A DNA stretch of 64,000 nt. It comes from the human T2T-CHM13v2.0 reference genome, Homo sapiens. The notes under the pieces were generated by a model. That model ran no database searches. It was not told the DNA's origin and saw only the letters and a list, made by a program, of their open reading frames with translations. How positions within the stretch are numbered: the first letter of the stretch is position 1; each line of letters begins with the position of its first letter. Shown in pieces: positions 56,890 through 64,000 of this stretch. The stretch lies in NCBI RefSeq assembly GCF_009914755.1, contig NC_060928.1; one strand, written 5' to 3'. Made by a program: the position numbers and the translations under genes.

Positions 56890-57814
56890 ATAGGATTTTC
56901 TATACTATTACTTTGTTTGGGTGACGTTGAGAAGTTACTGTCATCTGTTCTTATAAGTAAAATGTATTAACATAAAAACTTGTAACTCTTTATAATATGC
57001 ATAATTTGAGCATATATATCGCTAAAATCCCCATCACCTACAAATGCAATATTTAAATTATCTATACCATAAAGACTCAGAACATGGAGCCCTACTGAAG
57101 CATTAATAAAATAAATGACTCTTTTTAAATATTTTTGAACATAACTTTAAAATTAAATTGTTTTAGATTTGTTGAAAGAAATAATTCTCATTCAGGATAT
57201 ATTATTAATACACACTTAAAAATTAAGAGAAAAACTCTAGTGTTCTTGGAATAAAATAATCATTTCTATTACTTGTTATTTTATTCTGAAAGCAATAGAC
57301 TTTCTTTAGAAAGTGAATTTTATAAAGTATATAGACTATTGAAAACCTACTGAATTGATCACTCTGAAAGTGACCATGAAGCAATTATCTTAAATTTAAA
57401 TCTAACAGGGTTAAAACAATTTCTGAGCATGGCATATTGATAAATATTGGATACAATATGCATTATAAACTAATGTAAATGTTATAGATTTGTGTGTTTG
57501 CTATTTTACTGTTGCACATATTCTATATACCTATATTCCTTTAGCATATATTTAAACATTGTTATAAATGTTTTTTGCTTAATTTACCCAAGATTTTAAG
57601 ATATTTAAAGAAGAAAAATTAAGGAAGGGACAATGAAAATGTTATATTATGGGTTTTATGAAATGAATTAAGATTACAAAAGTAGTATTGAGTTGGCGGC
57701 TTTCACAGGATTGTTTGGAAAATGAATGGAGTCAGGAGTATTGCAACATAATACAATATTTGAAACATGATCAAACGTGGGAGTTGGTAGAAAGAATTGG
57801 CAATGGAAGAATAC

Positions 57815-58770
57815 TGCTATGGCTTGAATAATGCTGTTTCCTGAACAATTCTTGTAAAAAATTAATCCTTAAGGCAACAGAGTTGACAGATGTGGCCGTT
57901 AGTAGACAATTGTATCACAAAGCCTCTATCCTCATAAATGGGATTGGTATGCTTATAAAAGAGTTCAAGGTTAAAGCAAGTGCCCTCTTACCTTTCTAAT
58001 ATATAAAGATACAATGTTCTTTCCCTCTGGGGGAAGCAACAACAAAGTGCTGTTTTGAAAGGAGGGATGTCAATCATGCTGCTATAAAGACACATGCACA
58101 TGTATGTTTATAGCGGCACTATTCACAATAGCAAAGAATTGGAACCAACCTAAATGTCCAACAACGATGGACTGGATTAAGAAAATGTAGCACATATACA
58201 CCATGGAATACTATGCAGCCATAAAAAATGATGAGTTCATGTCCTTTGTAGGGACATGGATGAATCTGGAAACCATCATTCTCAGCAAACTATCGCAAGG
58301 ACAAAAACCAAACACCGCATGTTCTCACTCATAGGTGGGAATTGAAATATGAGAACACATGGACACAGGCAGGGGAACATCACACACCAGGGACTGTTGT
58401 GGGGTGGGGGGAGGGGGAAGGGATAGCATTAGGAGATATACCTAATGCTAAATGATGAGTTAATGGGTGCAGCACACCAACATGGCACATGTATACATAT
58501 GTAACAAACCTGCATGTAGTGCACATGTACCCTAAAACATAAAGTATAATAATAATAATAAATTACAATAAAAACACAAAACAATAAAAAAAAAGAAAAG
58601 AAAGGGAGGATGTCATCATGGAAGGTCCCTCACCAGGCACAGAAGCTACCAATGCCTTGATCTTGTACTTTCCAGCATCTAGAACTAAATGAGAAATAAA
58701 TTTCTGTTTGTTATAACTTACGCAAGCTAAGGTATTATGTTAATAACAGCACAAGCAGACCAACAGATAC
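57815..58770 (+). mobile_element. MST/MLT1A-like solo LTR split by an L1PA
   Basis: tgctatggcttgaat...aatgggatt...cttataaaaga | gccttgatcttgtactttccagc...gagaaataaatttctgtt. Confidence 0.75.
58073..58599 (+). mobile_element. 5'-truncated younger L1PA (PA3-PA5-like)
   Basis: atcatgctgctataaagacacatgcac...ggatagcattaggagatatacctaatgctaaatg; A tail; ~16-bp TSD gaaagg(ag/ga)ggatgtca. Confidence 0.93.
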
Positions 58771-60099
58771 CTAAGAAACATACTTCAAATGAAGAATTTA
58801 TAGGACTTGGTCATTCAAAAATAAATTTGAGATGACTTGTCAGGTTTTATATTGAGGACACCATGATAATGGAGAAGCAAATTACAGAGACAGGGACATT
58901 GATAGTGGGGTTTCAGTTAAATGGGAAGATGATGGTTTTGTTTTAGATATTAAGTGGATATTTACTTTGCACTTAAGTATTTCCCATGGACATAAAGGGA
59001 AGGTGGCTGCTCTTGCTATTTTAGTATGGCGAATATGAAAATATACTTTTTAGCTTTAAAAACCAGCTGTAAGACTAAAAACCATGTAAAAATGTAGAAA
59101 CCCAAATTATAATGGCTTAGATTTTTAAGTGGCTGTAGAGAATATTTAGTTGGGGTCTTTTATTGAACAGGAAGATAGATTGTCAGCAACTTTAAGTGAT
59201 GCTTCTCATATCTACACAAAGAGACGTTTGCAGAACTGGGACTGTAACCAACCTCTCATGGTTCTCTGAGTTCAGAGCTATTTCTTCACTACTGTGCTGC
59301 TTTCCAATCTTGTGAGAAATAAATATCAATTTAGTGTATCTGGCTTCGAGTTGTATTTGATTCAGTCTTATGCAAATTGGATTTCAGAAAAAATGTGGCA
59401 ATGATTGTGGGTAACATTTTATATTTTTAGGTGTTTTGTAATTTATCATAAAGGAAGACAGCACTGAATTAGATAATTTGGAATAACATAAAAAACAGAC
59501 ATTTTAAGCTCAGGTATCAAGTTGGAATGAAATGGACAAATGAAGTTATAGCTATATAAACATATCTAAGTATTTTGAGAACAAAAATTCAATTAGATAA
59601 AATAGGTGTTTTTAATAACAAATATTAATATCAAATAGCTCAGGTTTTACTATTTACCTAGTTGTTTTTGTAACTTGAGGGCAAAGTATAGCTATTTGTT
59701 TTTAGTATAATTATAAAGTATTTAATTTTACAGCATCATATTCTCAAAAATTGGTGTGGCTTAATGTACAGTAAGATGGATCAATAAAAACATAATTCAA
59801 GTAGCTAGTTATTTTCTTCTTTACCAGGATTACTAGTGTACATCAGTTAAAGTCAATTTCTAATTAAAATATTCTCTCTGAAACTATGGGCATAGAGTAA
59901 AAATATACAAGATAAATCTTTTTATCTAAAGGTAATTAAGATTTAGCTGCCACATGTTAAATGCTCCAATATGTTATAAAAAGTGAAGGCAATATCACTG
60001 CCAATTTAAACACTCCATGTTATCATTTTAATTGCAATATAGCAACAGGATGTTGTGATTCTATTAATATATGTTAAAACTTTAGAAAGCTAGTGAAAA

Positions 60100-60355
60100 T
60101 TAGAGAATAAGAGTACTATATCTGGAGCCAGACCATCTGGGTTTGAGTCATGCCTCTGTCCTTTTCAAATTGTGTGACCTTGGGGAAATTACTTTAGTTC
60201 TGACTATTTCTATTTTGTCTTCTGTTAGGTAAGATTGATAATGTATTAATGCTACTACCATCCAAATAAGATTTCTGTGGTAATTAAGTAAATTAATACG
60301 TGCTATGAGCTTAAAGCTGTACTAAGAACAAAAAGTATTATCTTATTATTAGCTA
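60100..60355 (+). mobile_element. MIR
   Basis: tctggagccagac...tgggtttgagtc...tgtgtgaccttggggaaattact. Confidence 0.8.
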
Positions 60356-62551
60356 TTAATACAATTTCTTCTTTTCTGTATATATTGATGCCAAGTTTTC
60401 ATCATGTTAATGATGCGGAGAGAAAGATTTGGAAGGGCAGTATGACGTGTTTTAATGTAAGCAATTGAAAATACATACAATACCTTCTTTAGAGCTACTC
60501 TGCATTTTTTTTCAAAGAAAGATTCAACATTGCCTTTACCAAAATAATAGTTAAAACTCAATTTCAAAACTTATATTAATGATGTAACCTGAATGAGAAC
60601 ACATGTGAAATAATTTGATATTGTACTTATGTTCAAAAATATTTAAACAGTGGAATTCATTTTCTTAAAGATGCATGAAGGCTCTATGTTCTGAATGTTT
60701 ATTGGTATAAATAATTTAAAATATTGCATTTGTAGGCCATGGGGATTTCAGTGATAAATACATGTGCCCAAATTATACACCTAAGGAAGAGTAAAATGAT
60801 TTTTTATTTCAGTACATTTTACTTGTAAGAGTAGAAGTATACAATGGTAACTTCTCAATGTAACCAAAGCAAAGTAATAGTATAGGAAACCCTAGCATTT
60901 TCTACCTATTTTCAAAATTTAAGTTTATTGTTTCATATTTTTAAATTACCTTTAAACAAATGTGTATTATGCATACTTTACTATGTGCAAGATAATATAC
61001 TGGAAAAAAATTGAGTATTGACGATGTGTTATCATGGACCAGTACAGAAACATAATATCTATTTTAAAAATTAGTTAAAATTAAACATTTATGCCTATCT
61101 CATCATTTCTAAATTTTTCTATAAACTTGAGAAAATAATTATTTCTATTGATTTTTACAAAGATGCATATTTTCCAAAATATTTATTCTAACTAGCTACT
61201 CTTTTCTTGTAATTTTATGAAAGCATTATATGTATTTTATGTTTATATCTTACATAGTTTAGCTATTTTAATGGAAAAAATATTAAGTAACTATTTTAGA
61301 ATTTAGGTTATGTTTATTTAATTATATCTGAAACCAAAAAGAGATAGTTGTGACGCATTTGCCCATTTAATTATATTAAATTTCCAAAGTTTCTAGTAGT
61401 GCTTGGCCTGTAAAAGACTTCCAAATAAAATACAAGCATCACTAGTACAGAGTTGCAACTATTGCATCAAAGTGCATCAACTTATTTTAACAGAAATGTA
61501 TTTTATTTCTTTGCCTTTTCTCTACATTGTAAAGGAGGTAAAAATTTCAGGGCAGAGATATATTAGTGAATAAAAAAAATTGCATCGCATGCAGAACATT
61601 TTATGTAATAAATCTCTTTGGAATTACAGAGTATCAAATGTTGAAGAGTAAAATGGACCAGGACAAAATTATGCCTTTCTATTTAACTGTAGCTTATGTA
61701 AAATAGATTTGAGTTAGTGAGAATATTCCGTGTCTCTAGCCCTAGTAAATTTGGAGGATTGTTTTCCTTGTCTTTAATATTATAGGAGCATGTTTCAAGG
61801 TTCACAAAACACAGTGAAGAAGTTTTTCAGAACTGTAAGTATTGCCAGGCCATAGTAGCTTGAATTTACGTGCCAAAGAACTATTTTTAGAGAGAAGTAA
61901 TAAATTGTCAATGTGTAGTCTTTCGTTTTTTGTTGCTTATGAATTACTCACATTTAATAGGTCCAAGATTGTGATTTAATTTTTTTCTCAGTCATTTTTG
62001 TATTACATTGATGAAGTATTTCTTGTGTTCAAAGAATACAAGGTTTAGGTAAACAATTAAATTAACAACATTTATGTAGAACTAAAAACTGTTTTTTCAT
62101 TTAAGTACTTCAATAGATAAAAGTATCCTTTGAGAAAACATTATGGGTGACATTTTCTGAAAAGTTTGTCATTTTGTAAATATGATATTTTCTCAAATTT
62201 AGCCAGATAGAAAATTCTAGTATCAGTTTGTTTTTCTCTGACTTCTTTAAATATATTCTTTTCTGCCTTTTAATGCTGTAGATGAGAAGTCTTAACAGCT
62301 ATTACTCCACCTTCTGTAGGTAAAAACAACTTCTCTTTCTCTAAAAGTTTTGTCTAACTCACAAAAACTCTTACCAGCATATGTACAGTTTTAAATATTG
62401 TTTTCCATTAAGAAACAGGGCTTTGACATAATTCTTTGAAAGCTATGTTTGAATCTGATTTTATTTCAAATTTTTAAATTTGGTTAATATATTACATGCT
62501 TTTTGTTAGTAATTTTGTAGCAAATAAAAAATACAACTTAACTAATGATAT

Positions 62552-63979
62552 TGTGTCCGGAATTGGTGGGTTCTTGGTCTCACTGACTTCAAGACTGAAG
62601 CCGCGGACCCTGGTGGTGAGTGTTACAGCTCTTAAGGTGGCGCGTCTGGAGTTTGTTCCTTCTGATGTCCAGATGTGTTCTGAGTTTCTTCCTTCTGGTG
62701 GGTTCGTGGTCTCGCTGGCTCAGGAGTGAAGCTGCAGACCTTCGCGGTGAGTGTTACAGCTCTTAAGACAGCGTCTGGAGTTGTTCATTCCTCCCGGTGG
62801 GCTCGTGGTCTTGCTGGGTTCAGGAGTGAAGCTGCAGATCTTCGTGGTGAGTGTTACAGCTCATAAAAGCAGCGTGGACCCAAAGAGTGAGCAGTAGCAA
62901 GATTTATTGCAAAGAGCGAAAGAACAAAGCTTCCACAGTGTGGAAAGGGACCCAAGGGGGTTGCCACTGCTGGCTCGGGCAGCCTGCTTTTATTCTCTTA
63001 TCTGGCCCCACCCACATCCTGCTGATTGGTAGAGCCGAGTGGCCTGTTTTGACAGGGCGCTGATTGGTGCCTTTACAATCCCTGAGCTATATACAAAGTT
63101 TCTTCAAGTCCCCATCAGATTAGTTAGATACAGAGTTTCCACACACAGGTTCTCCAAGGCCCCACCAGAGCAGCTAGATGCAGAGTGTCGATTGGTGCAC
63201 TCACAAACCTTGAGCTAAACACAGGGTGCTGATTGGTGTGTTTACAATCCCTGAGCTAGATACAGAGTGCCGATTGGTGTATTTACAATTCCTGAGCTAG
63301 ACATAAAGACTTTCCACGTCTCCACCAGACTCAGGAGCGCAGCTGGCTTCACCTAGTGGATCCCGCATGGGGGCTGCAGGTGGAGCTGCCTGCCAGTCCC
63401 GCGCCCTGCGCTCGCACTCCTCAGCCCTTGGGTTGTCGATGGGACTGGGCCCCATGGAGCAGGGGGTAGTGCTCCTCCGGGAGGCTCCGGCCGCACAGGA
63501 GCCCTTGGAGTTGGTGGGAGGCTCAGGCATGGTGGACTGCAGGTCCCGAGCCCTGCCCCGCAGGAAGGCAGCTAAGGCCCGGCAAGAAATCGAGCACAGT
63601 GCTGGTGGGTCCGCACTGCTGGGCGACCCAGTACACCCTCTGCAGCCACTGGCCCGGGTGCTAAGTCCCTCATTGCCTGGGGCCAGCAGGGCTGGCTGGC
63701 TGCTCCGAGTGCGGGGCCCGCCAAGCCCACGCCCACCGGGAACTCCAGCTGGCCCGCAAGCACCGCACGCAGCCCCGGTTCCCGCTCGCGCCTTTCCCTC
63801 CACACCTCCCTGCAAGCTGAGGGAGTGGGCTCCAGCCTTGGCCAGCCCAGAAAGGGGCTCCCACAGTGCAGTGGGGGGCTGAAGCGCTCCTCAAATGCCA
63901 CCAAAGTGGGAGCCTAGGCAGGGGAGGTGCTGAGAGCAAGCGAGGGCTCTGAGGACTGCCAGCACGCTGTCACCTCTCA
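62552..63979 (-). mobile_element. Solo ERV9 LTR (LTR12C)
   Basis: TGAGAGGTGACAGCGTGCTGG...CCAATTCCGGACACA on the minus strand, exact TSD ATAT, tandem U3 repeats with CCAAT, three U5 repeats (gtgagtgttacagctc), CpG-rich. Confidence 0.95.
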
Positions 63980-64000
63980 ATATTGCTCTTATTAGTATGT

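Noticed and set aside
62620-63310. Spaced direct repeats resembling a CRISPR-like array
   Set aside because: These are the normal U5 and U3 tandem repeats of LTR12; the spacers are also repeated.
63297-63939. Overlapping 89-172 aa GC-rich ORFs
   Set aside because: All lie in LTR12C U3; open frames reflect high GC content, with no recognisable protein family.

Overview
AT-rich primate (human-like) non-coding DNA, mostly decayed transposable elements: Alu, L1PA/PB/M, L2, MIR, MaLR, ERV1/ERVK/ERVL LTRs and Tigger-family DNA elements. I found no supportable cellular protein-coding exon; the ORF track is repeat- or pseudogene-derived. The main feature is a ~5.5 kb ancient nuclear mitochondrial insertion (NUMT, ~29322-34830). 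It carries ATP6 end, COX3, tRNA-Gly, ND3, tRNA-Arg, ND4L, an ND4/ND5 fusion, ND6, tRNA-Glu, CYTB, tRNA-Thr, tRNA-Pro and the control region. It has an internal inversion and a large deletion, and sits inside three nested L1 elements. Also present: an internally deleted HERV-K(HML-5)/LTR22 provirus with a tRNA-Met PBS; solo LTR7 and LTR12C with intact target-site duplications (TSDs); an L1PA whose 5' end is joined to ORF2 at the known +97 splice donor; a 240-bp local copy of that L1; and several template-switch scars. I see no evidence of a new gene system. The interesting content is mutational and evolutionary. Repeat subfamily names come from recalled consensus motifs and need RepeatMasker/Dfam confirmation.
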